A stretch of DNA of 64,000 nucleotides from Octopus vulgaris (taxonomy: Eukaryota). The position numbers and the translations under genes are program-made. The notes under the pieces are model-generated. The model was not told the origin of the DNA. It searched no databases and saw only the letters and a list, made by a program, of their open reading frames with translations. Of this stretch, positions 41,570 to 55,569 are shown piece by piece (positions within the stretch are counted from its first letter, which is position 1; the number at the start of each line of letters is the position of its first letter). The stretch lies in assembly GCA_951406725.2 (NCBI GenBank), contig OX597826.1, positions 20,088,001 to 20,152,000 on the forward strand, written 5' to 3'.

Positions 41570-44500
41570 ACACAATCAATATGGCCACAATGAAAAGCCA
41601 ATCTAGAGAGATTATTAAAATGCTAGAACAGTGTTGTGTATAGATGTGTAGGTGTGTGTTGTGTGAGAAAAGTAAGATGGAGGGGAACCTCAGCTAGACT
41701 TCTCATGGGTAAAGAACAGAGATATAATTTCTTCTGAGTGGGAAATAGTGATGGTGTGGGAGATTTGAGCATGCTTTTGGCAGAGAAATGAATAGAGATG
41801 TTCAAAGAAGTCAGAGTGTGAGATAAGATAATTAAGCTAAGACTAATCTTGGGAAATACTGCAGCAGCACTTCTCTTTGTATATGCTCCTCAATCAGGAC
41901 TGGCAGATGAACAAAAGGATTTTTGGCAGATTACCTTCATGACAAATGACAGTGACCTTATCATTGTGGGTAGTGATTTCTTGAACATAGGCAGCAACCC
42001 AATGGATTTCACGGTCTACATAGATGTTTGACTTTGATCCTAGAAATGAGGAAGGAACATAGCTCTTGGAATTCTGAAATGCAAATGACCTGATCATTTG
42101 CAACTCAAACTTCAGAAGTTTAGAGGAATACTAGTTGAAGCATTCGACAAGAAAGAAAAGAAGATACAGACTTATAACATAAAGGAGAGTCAGAAGTTTC
42201 CTTCAGACAGTCTACTGCTGGCAGCAGACATTATTTGTGGCTGGTGCAAAGTTCCAGCTTAGCCAAAGATAATATGGTGGCAGAATAGTGAAATAGATAG
42301 AGCCATAAAAGCAAAGAGAGAGGCCTGGAGGAATTGGCAAAATGGGGGTAGCAGAGAAATATAATAGGTGACTTGAAGAAAAGCTAGGAGACAGGTTTAT
42401 TTAGCAAGGAGAGAAGCAGAATGGAAGAGGTCTGCCAATGTTCTATGGTATGAGGAGCAAAGGTATGGGGTATTCTACATTGCCAAACAGTGTAACAAGG
42501 AAAATCATGATGCTGCAGGAGAAAAGTGTGTTTAGATGGATGGTGGTACACATGCGCTTTATAATTCTGAAAAGAAAGAGTCATGGAAGTGCTACTATGA
42601 AAGGCTATTAAATGTGGAGAATGCATGACAGAAGAAGTCTTCCAAACATGGACTCTACAAAATCCTGCTATCCTAGTTAACAGCAGTATGATAAAGCAAT
42701 TAAGGATATGAAGACAGAGAAAGCCTGGTCTATGAGGATTTACTGCTGAGATACCAAAAATAACAAGCAGAGTGGGATACAGACTAATCCCCCATACAGT
42801 TATTATACAGAAAGGTATCATACCTGACTGGTATAGTTGCATTATAGTCAACTGTTACAAGGATTAATGATATGATTTAGGGAGAAATAATTACAGAGGT
42901 ATCAAATTGCTGGACCAGGTCATGAAAGTTACAGAAAGGGTTATAGCTAATTAGGAAAAGAGTTAGCCAAGAAAAGATGCAGTTTGGTTTTGTGACAGGG
43001 AGAAGTATTGTTGAGGCTCCCTTTATAGGAAGGAAACTGCAGCAGAAGCATTTAGTCAAAAATAAACCACTGTACTTGATATTCGAAGTAGAGAGGGTAG
43101 CTCACTTTGTGATCTGGTGGCCAATGTAGGAACTAAAGATAAACAAATGGCTGATGAGAGTTCTCCAAGCCATGTATGAAGGTGCTGTCAATAAGGTGAG
43201 AGTGTGCAGGTAGGAAGTGACCAGTGAGTAGTTCCCAGTCTCCTCTTCGTCCTCCAGGTTATAGCAGCAGTTTAACTGGTTGCCCATAGGAGCTTCTCTA
43301 TGCTGATGGCTTTGTTCTTTTAACTAAATCTATTGTAAAACTGGAGGAGAAATTCCAGGTGTAGAAGCAAAACCTGGTAACAAAGGGCATTAAAATTAAC
43401 TGGGCAAAGACCTGAGTTCAAGCAAGCAGTGAAACAGGCAAATCACTAACTTTTCAGGAAAATAGCCTTGCTTGAGATGTAGAAAAGGTAAAGGTCAAAA
43501 TTCCCATATGGTGTACCAGTGCAAACTATAGAGACATAAGAGGTGCAGTGGAATTGCAGAAAGGTGTCAAGTAAATTTTGAATGTGGCAGATGCACACAA
43601 ACACTAAGAACACAAATGAAATGCATTTTCTCAATTGGCCAGGATGATCGTTAGAGGTAGCAGATAGTTTCTATTACTTGGGTGACTTAATTAGCAATGG
43701 AGGAGGATGCTAGAGTAAGAACCAGCAGCTGGAGAAAGTTTATAAAGCTATTATGTTTGTTGGTAACAAAAGGCTGCTCTCTCAGAGTGAAAGGCAGATT
43801 GTATGATACATGTGTATTAAACTGCAATGCTACATGGCAGTGAAATGTAGGTCCTGAATGCAGAGGACATGTGAAAGCTAGAAAGAAATGATGCTTGCAA
43901 GCTCCACATGATGTGCAACATCAGTGTACATGGACGACATAGTGCAAATGAGTTGAGAGAAAAATTGGCAGAAGAGGCATCGAATGTAATAGAGAAGCGA
44001 GAAGATTGCACTGGTATATTCACATAATGTGTATGGACGAGAACAGCCGCATAAAGAAGTGCTAATTGCTAAATAGGGATGGAACCTGTGGAAGAGGGGG
44101 ACCCAGGAAAATGTGGGACAAAATGATGATCAATAACTTCTTACATTGAATCTCATGGAAGAGATGACAAAAGATGGCGATGATTGGCAATTTGTTGTGC
44201 TCAAGAAGACATGTCTGTCCAAGCAAAAATGAAGCCAGGCTCAGTGTTACCTCTTACACCCTTGTTTTCAACTGAATATCCTTTCTACCTCTCCTTTTCT
44301 CCTGTGCACTCTTTCATGATGTCAATGTCAGCCTCCTCACAACTACTTCATTTCTCACTCTTTCCACCTTCATATACCTCTGATTTTGTCCCTGGCACTA
44401 TACATTTCTCTCACACTTAACCCCATACACTTCACATCATCTGTGCTGCCACCTTCCACCTCCCTGACCCATACCTACTTCCTCTACCTTCTCCTCCAAC

Positions 44501-44941
44501 TTACCTACCTACCTACCTACTCCCCTTATCTAATCCACTGCATCACTTCCTCGAACTTGAGAGTAGGCTCTAACACAGTCTCACCATCATTTCTCTCTTT
44601 TCCAAAAGGAGTAACCATGTATTTCCCCTACAGTAAGACACCTGTAGCTGTCTCTCTATCGTCATTTATCCTTTCATCACATGGCATAAAGCCACCTCCC
44701 TCAATACTACACCCTCAGTTGAAGGTTCTTGTCTTGTGGGCAACTTGATGACCTCCATGCTGCCAGTGCCACATAAAAGACACCTGGCACACTTTGTAAA
44801 ATGGTTGGCATTAGAAAGGGTATGTAGCCATAGAAACTATACCCAAGTAGATATTGGCGCTTGATGCAGTCTTCTGGTTCATCAGACTCTATCAAATCAT
44901 CCAAACTATGGAAAACAGACGTTAAATGATGATGATGATGA
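41570..44941 (+). mobile_element. Old near-full-length RTE LINE with (GAT)n tail
   Basis: VYAPQSG; YRGIKLLDQVMKV; QFGFVTGRS; ELLYAD; FYYLGD; MLHGSE; 3' terminus matches the RTE-derived repeats. Confidence 0.8.
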
Positions 44942-45795
44942 CACACACATACACATCTATAGCCCCAGGTCAACCAATGGTTGTGTGTGAATTTGATTGA
45001 TGAAAACTGCAGGAAGTCCACTGTCTATGGGTGGGTGTAAGTGTGCACACATGCATATGTATATGTTTATGTGTCTGTGCATAAATGCATGTGAACATTG
45101 AGATTTCACACTTGTCTCCACTTGAGTGAAATGGTGATGAGGTCAATATACCTTATTGAAAATATAATCAGTCATTCTGCACTATCAAAGATCTCTGTAA
45201 TAAAAAATCCCTTACTTGAAAAACATGTACTGGTTGGTGAGAGGAAGTGCAACCAGCTGTAAAATCTTACTTCAATTAATTCCAGTGTCTAACCCATGCT
45301 AGCATGGAAAAATGAATGTTAAGCAGAAGAACAATTTAACTGATTCAGAATGATATATATAAAATTCCAAGACAGAAACTATAGGCATGTACACACACAG
45401 ACTCACACACATTCATGTGTATGTCGGGTCCTTCTTAGTGAAGGTTAACATGCATATGTACATGCAAGCCTGCGCAAAATATTTTTGACTACGTTTAACC
45501 AAAGGAAAAGCCACCAACTGGGGTGAATACACTTTGGACACCAGCACCATTGCAAAGCTAGAACAAATACTTCAAGACAAGTCAACCAACCCTCTAAAGG
45601 TTCCACCAATCCATCTCACTGAATTCCTTTTTTATTGACCCTGAAAGGATGAAAGGCAAAACTGACTGCAGTGGCATTTGGACAGAGAGTGCAGAGTCAA
45701 AAGAAATACTGCAAGACACTCTTTTCAACACTCTAATGACTATGAATTTTCTGCCCTCATGTGTGTGTGTGTGTATAAATATATATATATATATA

Positions 45796-47033
45796 TTGGG
45801 TTGGCAACTAAGTTCCTGAGGTTTTTTTAAATTTAAATTTTTTTAAAGGTTTAATAAAAAAACAACAACTAATTAATCAATAATGTATTCACCCTTGTTG
45901 TTTACAACTTCTTCCCAACGTTCAACAAGATTTTCAATACCTCGTGGGTAGAAGTCACCCTATTTCAACTCGAAAAATTGATCCAACCAAGCTCTCAATT
46001 CTGCATCAGTACTGAACGAAATTCCATGCATAGCATTTGAAAGAGATCGAAAGAGGTGGAAATCCACTGGTACCAAATCAGGAGAGTACGGCGGGTGTGG
46101 CAGCAATTCCCAGCCATGCGTTTGAATGGCTTCCTCGGTCATGTTGGCGATATGAGGGCAGGCGTTGTCGTGCAGCAGAACTAAATGCTGCCAATTAGGT
46201 CTTTTCTCTTGAATAGCCACGTTGAGTCATTCCATCTGTTAAACATAGAGTTCCGCGTTGACCATTTGGTTCTGTTCAAGCAATTCGGAATGGATAATCC
46301 CTTCCCAGTCCCACCAAACACACAACATTGTTTTACACGAATGAAGATCTTTTTTCACGCGTGGTGTTGCTTGTTACCGGAGCTAAGCCATTCCTTACAC
46401 TACTTCATGTACAGGCACCATTTTTTGTCGCCAGTAAAGAAATCGTTGCTTGTGTCCATGAGTTGAGCAGTGATGAGCAATCAAACCAGCAGAGATTGTG
46501 GCTCATTGATTTTTGTTGTTGTCACTTAAAGCATGCGGAACCCATGCTCCATATTTCTGAACCTTTCTCATTGAGTGGAGATGCTTCTCTATGGCAGTGT
46601 GGGAGCATTCCATTTTCTCTGCCAGCTTTGTCGTTTGACAAGAATTTTCGTGCAAAAGTTTGTTTAATCGCTCTTCATTGAACTCAACTGGACGGCCAGA
46701 ACGAGGTGCATCTTTGAGGTCAAAATTTCCATTTTTGAATTTGGCCTACCAATCACGAGCGGTTCTTTCATCTATGGCACCCTCTTCATATACAGCACAA
46801 ATGTTGTGAGCAACTTTTGCGACCTTAGAACTTTGATTAAATGCTAAAAGGAGGTGTCGAAAACACTTGTTTTTCTTAACTTGACATTCCATTTTAATGA
46901 TCTGAAAATAAACAAAAATTAACTAAAATTAACTAGAAAAAATCAAAATAGATTCCAAAATGATTCAAAAATAGAATTCTCGAAAAAAATAGATTCCAAA
47001 ATTTTAAAAACTGGCGGGAACTTAGTTGCCAAC

Positions 47034-47037
<4 letters not shown>
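45796..47037 (-). mobile_element. Full-length mariner, transposase pseudogene (46892->45873)
   Basis: TIRs TTGGGTTGGCAACTAAGTTCC / GGAACTTAGTTGCCAACCCAA in (TA)n; LLHDNA.PH, HPPYSPDL.P.DFHLF; frameshifts. Confidence 0.95.
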
Positions 47038-47080
<43 letters not shown>

Positions 47081-47087
47081 ATTATAT

Positions 47088-48320
47088 AAAATCTGTTCTG
47101 TCTGTCTGTGTGTATGTGTCTTCCAGGATCTCGGGCATCCTCCATCCGATTGCACTCAAATTTGACGTGTAGATACCGACGGTACCAGGGCGAGTATAAG
47201 TCTCGAAAAAATTACAAAAATTGATTCCAGGTGAGAATGTGATCAATAAAGCCGTGGGAATATGCATTTGTATGTGCAAGTACATCAGCTGTTGCGATCG
47301 ATACTATGTGTATGCAAGAAAAATGCACGTATAGTTTGCACAACGAAAGCCAGCTGGCTTGAAATAATGCCACAAAATGCAGTATATTTAAGAAACCAAA
47401 AAAGTAAGATGCAAAAGAGATATTTTCTTCAAACCTGGCATGAAGGAAGAAAAGACTATTTGCTTTCTCAAGAAGTTTTTTGCCTTAACTTTGTTTAAGA
47501 AAACCAAAAATTTTATTGAAATAAAGGCATACTTAATTATTTTTTAATGTAAAGAAACACTGATTGCTTTTTATTCAAGGAAGAAAATACTATTTTCTTG
47601 CTAATAAATGATTTTTGTTGCCTTGCAGCTTTGAACCAAAAAAAGTGTGTTTTTTAGTGAAAGAAAACCATTATTGTATTGTATTGGCTGTTCGACAAAC
47701 CCTTTCTACTCCACTCCAGGAGTAACAAGGAATGTGGTTTACAAGGCTGCACTCCACTAGCTTTTCCATGCTCTTGATCATCCCGTAAAGTAAGTTAGCT
47801 TAAAATTAGTTACTTAGTTCCCTAGGTTGTTGCTTTTCATCAAAAATCGCCCCAAGTTGATTTCCTATATGTTTTATCGGATAAACTTATTATTGTCCCA
47901 GGTATGTTCATAAATTCATCATGCTTTTCCATCTAGATTTACCTCCAGATAACCTATTTGCATGCATCGTTTTTGTCCTGCCTTTCTTCCGTCAACCTGT
48001 ACATAATTGCACCTTCCATGTTTTGTTTTTTTTTGTACTGCTTAAAGGCACGTTTCTTTCCTGCCAAGCTTACTGTTTAAACAGCCTTATCCATTACTGG
48101 TACTTTAAATTCTTCGGTTGCATATTTGTGTTGAATAAAATCGTTTTTCTTTGGAATATAAAAAAAGTCTATCTTTATTTCTTCTTTTGCTGGTGTCTCA
48201 AATTTAGGTTAAATCAGTATTTCTCAAAGGGTGACGGTCAGACAAGTTGTTTTGAGAAAATTTGGCTTAAATGTTTAACAACTCAGCACTGTCTATTGGA
48301 CAGGGGGCGTTTTGCTCATA
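47088..48320 (+). mobile_element. Possible non-autonomous Helitron-like element
   Basis: A|TCTATTATATAAAA start followed by CTGT repeats, typical of Helitron 5' ends; 3' hairpin-CTAG not resolved. Confidence 0.4.
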
Positions 48321-49574
48321 TATACATAAACACACACCACATAGACATACATAAACACATATATATATATATATATATATTTATATTAAATAATGGTTGG
48401 AGTTAAAAAGGAATCCAACATTGGCAAACAACAAAGTCCTGATTTATCAGATCCTGTCAAACTGTCCGACCTATATCAGCACAGAAGACAAATTTTAAGG
48501 GCGAAAAAAGGGAGATGACATATGGGTGAATAGGTTTCAAGAGTGAAGAGAGTGGCAGACATAGGGAATGTGAAGAAAGAAAGATGTATGGTGGTGGAGG
48601 AGAGCTGTGTCTGGTGGTGGAGAAAAGTAATCAATGTAAGATGTGAGAGGAAAGCAACAGTATTAAGAATGAAGGATGAATACCAAGTAAATGAAGGAGT
48701 TCTGAATAGTGAGACATAACTGGTATCAGAGAAAAAGGTGATGTGACAAGCAGAGAAGAAAACTTCAGGCTGGAAGGATCCATGATAGAGAGGAGATGAT
48801 GATGATGAGTAGTGAGGAAGGCTTTCTTCAAATTTACCATTGTGATTTGAGGCATCAAGTGAATAATATATTGTATTTATCTATCTAGCAGGTAGTATAG
48901 ACAGATATACACATACACACACCACATAGACTTACATAAACACATATGCATGCACACATACATGGACAGGCACTCACACTATGCATAAAAATACGAACAT
49001 GTGCACACATACACAGGCATGCACACACACAAGGACAGAGGACCACAGAACCATACACACAATGCATATGTACATACACACACACACATACATGCACAGG
49101 TTCGCACACACACATAAACACAAGAATACAGGAATGCAACCATACACACACGCACCATACATATGCTCATACACACACATATATACATACGCATGTATGC
49201 ATGCACACACATGGACGAAGGAATACACACGCAAATAATCACACACAGATACCTACCATATTCTCCTCCACCTACCCACAGGAAAGAATTACACCCTAAA
49301 CAAACCTCACACCCCACCCTATAAGCCCATAAATTTACAGTAGCTATAAGACAAAAACAAAATGATAAAGTCAAAAGCTGGACCCTGTAATAGGTTAGCA
49401 AGGCCTCTGCACACACACACACCCATTTTACAGGATCTTGTGAATTTTTCGAAAGTCCCCTCCCCACCCCCAGGGTAGTCAGCGCGCATTTTTTTTTCAT
49501 ATTCTTTTTCTACATACTTGTTAAACACTTTTTTTTTTGTTCACAGGTGAAGATCTTTATATTGACCCCACATT

Positions 49575-50213
49575 CTTTACGTCCGCCATTTTTATTTCTT
49601 TGTCATTTGACTGCGGTCATGCTGGAGCACAGCCTTAGTCGAGTAAATCGACCCCAGGACTTATTCTTTGGAAGACTAGTACTTATTCTATCGGTCTCTT
49701 TTGCCGAACCGCTAAGTTACGGGGACGTAAACACACCACCATCGGTTGTCAAGCGATGTTGGGGGGACAAATACAGACACAAACATACATATATATTTAT
49801 ATACATATATACGACGGGCTTCTGGTACTATTTAAGAAGTGTGGTCCCGGTGCGCGCACTCGCGCTAGCTAGTCGTGACTAGTCGATCCTACGACTACCT
49901 ATCCTATATAAAAAAAAAACATCTAAGTTATGATGTGGGTACCAAATGTTTATCTAATAACTTTCAACCGAATTTGAACATTTGTTATAGGATAGGTAGT
50001 CGTTGTAGGATCGACTAGTCACGACTAGCTAGCGCTGACGCGCGAGTACGTGAGTGTGCGCACCGGGACCACTCTTCTTAAATAGTACCGGGCTTCTTTC
50101 AGTTTCCGTCTACCAAATCCACTCACAAGACTTCGGTCGGCCCGAGGCTATAGTAGAAGACACTTGCGCAAGGTGCCACGCAATGGGAATGAACCCGAAA
50201 CCATGTGGTTGGT
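49575..50213 (-). mobile_element. tRNA-derived SINE interrupted by a MITE
   Basis: Same family as 26975-27357; removing the MITE restores ACGACGGGCTTCTTTCAG. Confidence 0.8.
49824..50089. mobile_element. MITE with long GGTACTA-terminated TIRs and 8-bp TSD (Merlin-like)
   Basis: TSD GGGCTTCT at 49816-49823 and 50090-50097; imperfect TIRs of about 85-100 bp. Confidence 0.85.
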
Positions 50214-50352
50214 TGCGTTTGTTCATTTTACAAACATAAACACGTATTTCTGCAAAATTTCAAAATATGCATAATTAAGAAAGTCATGAGGAAACGAAAT
50301 CCAGCGGTTGTGACACTGAACTGTTGCTATGTGGGAAACATTCGAAACTTAC

Positions 50353-50528
50353 CGCTTTGGTAAATCGTAAGGCGACCGAATGTAGCAGTCAACGTACTGT
50401 TTCATTTTACCGAACAGATACAGTTTGTGAATTAGATTATATTTATCTGGGATAACGTTAAGACAGAGAAATCCAATTAAAATGCCAGAGGTCATGAAAA
50501 GCCATAGCTGAGTCATTAAAGAAATCAT
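50353..50528 (-). CDS. SRD5A3: Polyprenol reductase, coding exon 1
   Basis: ATG at 50528; MISLMTQLWLFMTSGILIGFL...LYLFGKMK...YDLPKR; gtaagt donor, phase 2; absent from the ORF track. Confidence 0.87.
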
Positions 50529-50579
50529 TATCTAAAAGAATGATACAATTAAAAGGTAAAAAGTAATAATTAAGAGTTC

Positions 50580-50923
50580 AGCTTAACGCGAGCATAATTA
50601 ACGTTGGCCGATGTACATTTCCTGGCGAAGATAATTTCTGGCGCTTGTGAATTACTTCCCTTCATCCAACAGAATTCTTGCTCACTTCTGTTGTCTGCTG
50701 ATAATAATAAACGGCTCTGATGAAACCAGAGATCGCTCGAATCACCAGTGCGATAGCGTTTTTAGGTGGGGTCGGGAATACACATCCGATCCGATTTTAG
50801 GGCATATCTACTTAAGTGTTGTGGAGGAGATAAGGTGAACGGAAGGGAAGGGTCAGTGATGTCAAAGGCTGAGAGGCCTTATCGGAGGAGGGAACGAGGA
50901 GGTCGGCGGAAGTAAAACCAACG
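50580..50923 (-). promoter_or_regulatory. Putative promoter/5'UTR region of the SRD5A3-like gene
   Basis: CpG-richer unique sequence upstream of the ATG; ETS-type CGGAAGT at 50907-50913; acceptor-like ttttag 3 nt before the ATG implies an upstream UTR exon. Confidence 0.4.
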
Positions 50924-51159
50924 GGTACTACTTGAGAACAGTGGTCCCGGTGCGCGCACTCGCGCATCCGCGCCAGATAGTCATGACTAGTCGATCCTTA
51001 CTTTGTATTTTTGTGTGTTATTTACTTTGTGTAAAAAAATTATTGTGTTTTATTTACTTTGCTAGGTAGTCGTTGTAGGATCGACTACTTACGACTAGCT
51101 AGCGCGGATGCGCGATTGCGCGTGTGCGCGCATCGGGACCAATATTCGCTAGTAGTACC
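50924..51159. mobile_element. Second MITE of the GGTACTA family
   Basis: TIRs homologous to the 49824 copy; flanks AAACCAACG / GAACCAACG (8/9). Confidence 0.82.
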
Positions 51160-51169
51160 GAACCAACGA

Positions 51170-52250
51170 GGGTCTTTTCACCTCAGACACTCGTCGTGGA
51201 TCAATGCGTGAGAGGCTCACATGGCAGAGATGTAAACCGAATTCTTCCCCTTTTCATGTTTTTTTAACGGAATCCTACCTCTTAGGCTATGGAGATTCCG
51301 ATTCTGAAAAAAAAATTGCAAAAATTTCAACTTCAAAATTTCCCGCAGTAATATGACAAAGTGAAATTAAAGTGTTAATTTTTTTTTTCTAGAAATTTAC
51401 AAAAAATATGAGTGCAAGAAATAACAAACTCTTTTGAAAAAAGAAAAGCAAATATATGAAAGAAATACTGTAACAAAGTGAAATTAAAGTGTTCATTCAC
51501 ATCTGTGTGTAAACAAGTTTTTCTTGTGGCAATAATGCCATTTGTTTTCAAAAAATCTATTACTTTCTCTGGAGCAAGCTGCTTCAATATTTCCTCAAAT
51601 AAACACTTTAATTTCACTTTGTCATATTACTGCGGGAAATTACTCTGAAAGAAATCTTGGCAAGACTTCTGAGACAACATCCTGTAACTAACCCTCCCCC
51701 TAACCCTAACCCTAACCCTAAATTTTTCTTTCTTAATTGTTACGCGTGTAAAAAAACTAAAGCAATGGAAAATAATTCAAACAATTAACAAACAAAATAA
51801 TTCTATAATTTTATACACACGCTTTCGTATACTGGTAGACTATGTTTATAAAACATCTTTTTCTATTGGCTTTATTGAGAAAATTCTATGGTTTGTAAGA
51901 TATTTGTTGTTTTTGTTTTTTCTTCAATTTCTGCAATTTCAACTAATCAATGACGTCTATTGAGGTGAAAACATTCTGTGCCGTATGAATATGTCCCTCG
52001 TTTAAGAAACAGTTTGGGTTTATTTACATTTGTGAAGAAAAAAAGATACCCTTCCCCCACCCCTAACCCTAACTAACCCTTACCCTAAAACAGATTGAAA
52101 TGCAATAGATCGATACTAGGGTCATAATTATGGGTGACAATTTCATATGACACCGCTAGAAAAAAACTGCCGTTCAAACCGTAAAGATCCCGGCAATTTC
52201 AACCAATCAATGACGTCTATTGAGGTGAATTCAATATCTCCGGATCTTTG
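51170..52250. mobile_element. Composite non-autonomous DNA element with (CCCTAA)n tracts
   Basis: GGGTCTTTT.../...AAAGATCCC ends; CCCTAA runs at about 51698-51722 and 52060-52087; 37-bp duplication at 51933 and 52193. Confidence 0.45.
51337..51641. mobile_element. MITE with 40-bp perfect inverted ends
   Basis: AATTTCCCGCAGTAATATGACAAAGTGAAATTAAAGTGTT and exact reverse complement ending at 51641. Confidence 0.8.
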
Positions 52251-53904
52251 TCAACAACAATTATAACCTTAGAAAGATGTACATTACAGTGACGTGATGA
52301 CAGCTTGTAGGTTGAGAGACAGGTTGTCTCCCTTAAAATGGGACACATCTATAGCCCAGAGAGAGAGGTGGGGAGAGAGATTTTTGAAGGGTTTTGCTGA
52401 GGAGAGTATACCTACACAAGTGTCCTCCCCAACGACTTCCTTTCCTCATAACTTTCAGAAAATAGGTACTTTTTAATGAAATTTGCTACAAATTCCTTTC
52501 AGAATGTGTAGCTTATGACTGTATCAGAATTTATTGGGGGGGGGGGACAAACAGACAAAACAGAATTGGTACGCACGCACCCTTACATACTGACAACAAT
52601 AATTTTTACAGAAATTTAAAGTTTCAGTTTGTAGATAGACGTGTGATGTGCGTCAGTTTGTGTGTGTGTGCATGCTTACCAAATGTTTTCACAAATTCCG
52701 ATATAATCGGAATGTACACCATCTGAAGCATATTTGCAGACAATTTCATTTGAAAAATACCCATTTTTCTGAAAGCTATGGGGAAACAATCGGGTGGGTA
52801 CCCTTGTAGGTATGCCATTAAAAGTTCTGTTTTACTAATGAACAAGCAGATTCGCTGAGTTCTAGCGAATTAGAAATAATATATTCTAGGGAGAAAATGG
52901 GCGTTGTGCCGCCTGGGCAGCACATGAGTTTAATCCTTCTCTGGGTCAATACACTTTACATAGGTTTATCGTACAGGGTATCTAAAAGTGCCGTCTCTCA
53001 AAAAGCACCACCCGGGGTGGGCTGTCACTCATCATCCCAAGGAACGCTACTGAATTTGAGTGTAATTGGTACAATGTTAATTGTTGATATTGTTGTTTAA
53101 TCGAAGGTCAAACATGATCGAAAAGACTCATTATCGAACGGACTCCAGCTGTAAGCACCCTGTCTTTTTAAGAGTACCTAGAACTATATTCACTACTGCA
53201 TTTTCCTCCCTTTATTGAAGCTGTTGGGTGCGATTTGTAGGAGATTTATTGGCTGCTATTTTTAGTAAATCAGTCGATCATATTATCAGCTCTACCATTG
53301 GATCGCAACAGATGTCTGTTGTTGCTTTTGTTGTTCTTGTTTTTGATGTTGTTATTTTCGTCGTCATCGTCGTCATTGTTATTGGTAGCGAAGTTGCGTG
53401 GAATATATTCTTGGCAGCTCCGAAATAAACCCGCGTATTGAGACATCGTGTTTCGGAGAGAGGAGAAACACTATATGTGTGTGTGTGTGAGAGAGAGAGA
53501 GGGGGGTGAGAGAGAGAAAGAGAGAGAGAGAGTTTCCAGTTGTACAAGAGAGACGAAGCTAAACTGTTAGAAAGCCATCTGGCTATGACGGAAATTGGCA
53601 CAGTTCCCAAAGTCCACACATGTTAACGAGTAACAGGATTGAACGACAAAACCGTTCCTCTGTATTAAATGTACAGTGAAACCAAGCAGAAGAAAAATCC
53701 AATATACAGAGAGTAGGATCTCAGCTATGTAATTTAGAGAACTGAAAATCTGAAATTACTTTTCAAATTAGTAAATAAAATCTTCCTTCAAGTTTTTAAA
53801 ATATAAAAAAGAACTAAGGGAGATAACTCCAATAATATCAGCCAATGAAAATTTTGGGAAAATAATGACGATGCAGGTGAGATTGCGTTTTGGATAATAA
53901 TAAT

Positions 53905-54311
53905 AATAATATATTTCTTTATTGCCCACAAGGGGCTACACATAGAGGAGACAAACAAGGACAGACAAAGGGATTAAGTCGATTATATCGACCCCAGTGC
54001 GTAACTGGTACTTAATTTATCGACCCCGAAAGGATGAAAGGCAAAGTCGACCTCGACGGAATTTGAACTCAGAACGTAGCAGCAGACGAAATACGGCTAA
54101 GCATTTCGCCCGGCGCGCTAACGTTTCTGCCAGCTCGTCACCTTCAAAATACATACTTGAGCAGACAGTGGCTCTCATGGCTTCTGATCTTAACTGGTTG
54201 TGATGCATGTGCCTGGTGCACCCTTATCAGACGGGTAGTCATGATGGGTATACTGGGCTTCGTACATTTTACCTCAGTGTCACTTTGATGGCATGCACTG
54301 CTTTCTCACTC

Positions 54312-54347
<36 letters not shown>

Positions 54348-55142
54348 TCTTTCTACTGGAAGTACAAGGTCTCAAATTTGGAGGACGGGATTAAGTCGAT
54401 TATATCGACCCCAGTGCGTAACTGGTACTAATATTATCGACTCTGTAGGATGAAAGGCAAAGTCAATTTCACTTGTTTACCTGGGACAAAATATGCAGTT
54501 CGTACAAGCAACACCAGCCAATACCAAAACATACATCTTATACTGTTTCCACAGTACCCAACACCGCCCTCCCCATCACTTGTATGTGATTTTTCAAATT
54601 GCTACCTTCTGTGTAATTTTTAATTAGTTTATTTGTTTCATGCTCTGTGTGTGTATGTGTGTGTATGCACACACGCACATACACGCAGAGTAGCATATCT
54701 ATGTATGTATTTACGTACGTACGTATGTACCCTCATGTCTACGCGCATAGGTACACCATGATCTATATACATGCAGACGAGGATCGATTCATATGAAAAA
54801 GCAAGTGAACAAAATAATATGATCATCGGGAATTTTTTTTTGAAGATAATGAATATTTCTACCATTTTCCAGTAATTTTACAAATACACAGACAAAGACG
54901 AGTGATTACAATACCCTGTTTTCGCTTACGCACACGTTTCAAATTTTGGCACAAGGCCAGCAATTTCGGAGAAAGAGGATAAGTCGATTACAGCGAACCT
55001 AGTGCTCAACAGGTACTTATTTTATTGAACCTAAAAGGACGAAAGTCAAAGTTGACCTTGGTGTAATTTTAACGTAAAGCCGGAAAAGGCGCTGCTGAGC
55101 ATTTTGTCCGGTATGCTAACTATTCTGCCAGGTCGCTGCCGT
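53905..55142 (-). mobile_element. Cluster of tRNA-derived SINE copies (about 53905-54143, 54345-54470, 54940-55142)
   Basis: Reverse complement of AAGGCGGCGAGCTGGCAGAA...GAGTTCAAATTCCGCCGAGGTCGACTTTGCC, shared with 56549-56910. Confidence 0.8.
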
Positions 55143-55569
55143 CAAAAAACAATTGATGGCATTTCAATCTGTTATAGGCATAATGACGTGGTGTTTATGT
55201 TGAGGTTCAACTAAGCCATCTTGTCAATGTTTCTAGACTTTTCCAGTCTTCTGTGGACAATACAAACTGTAATTGGCACGTGTAAGGATGTGACTAGTAC
55301 AGACTTTATGACAAGATTTCGGTATTTCGTCCATCTTTATGTTAAAATTCCGCCGAGGTTGATTTTGCCCGTTATCCTTTTGGGATCGACAATTAACATG
55401 CGAATATTTCCTAGAGAAATATGTTACTTTTTTCATTCACTGGACTGCGACCATTCTGGGGCACTGCATCGAGTGGATATTTTCAATTTGTCAAAGGTTG
55501 TAGGTGGCATTGTGGATGGAAAGTGTCTGCTGTCCACAGCCAGCAGACTGAGATGACACTTCAAGAACT

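Noticed and set aside
48885-49300. Overlapping His/Thr- or Cys/Val-rich ORFs (also 57714-59478 and 14913-15135)
   Set aside because: Translations of (CA)n, (TCTA)n, (TACA)n and (GGT)n microsatellites
50717-50750. CTGATGA near the promoter
   Set aside because: No correctly placed GAAA or stems
51698-52087. (CCCTAA)n as a telomere or fusion scar
   Set aside because: Only 3-4 units each, embedded in a dispersed repeat
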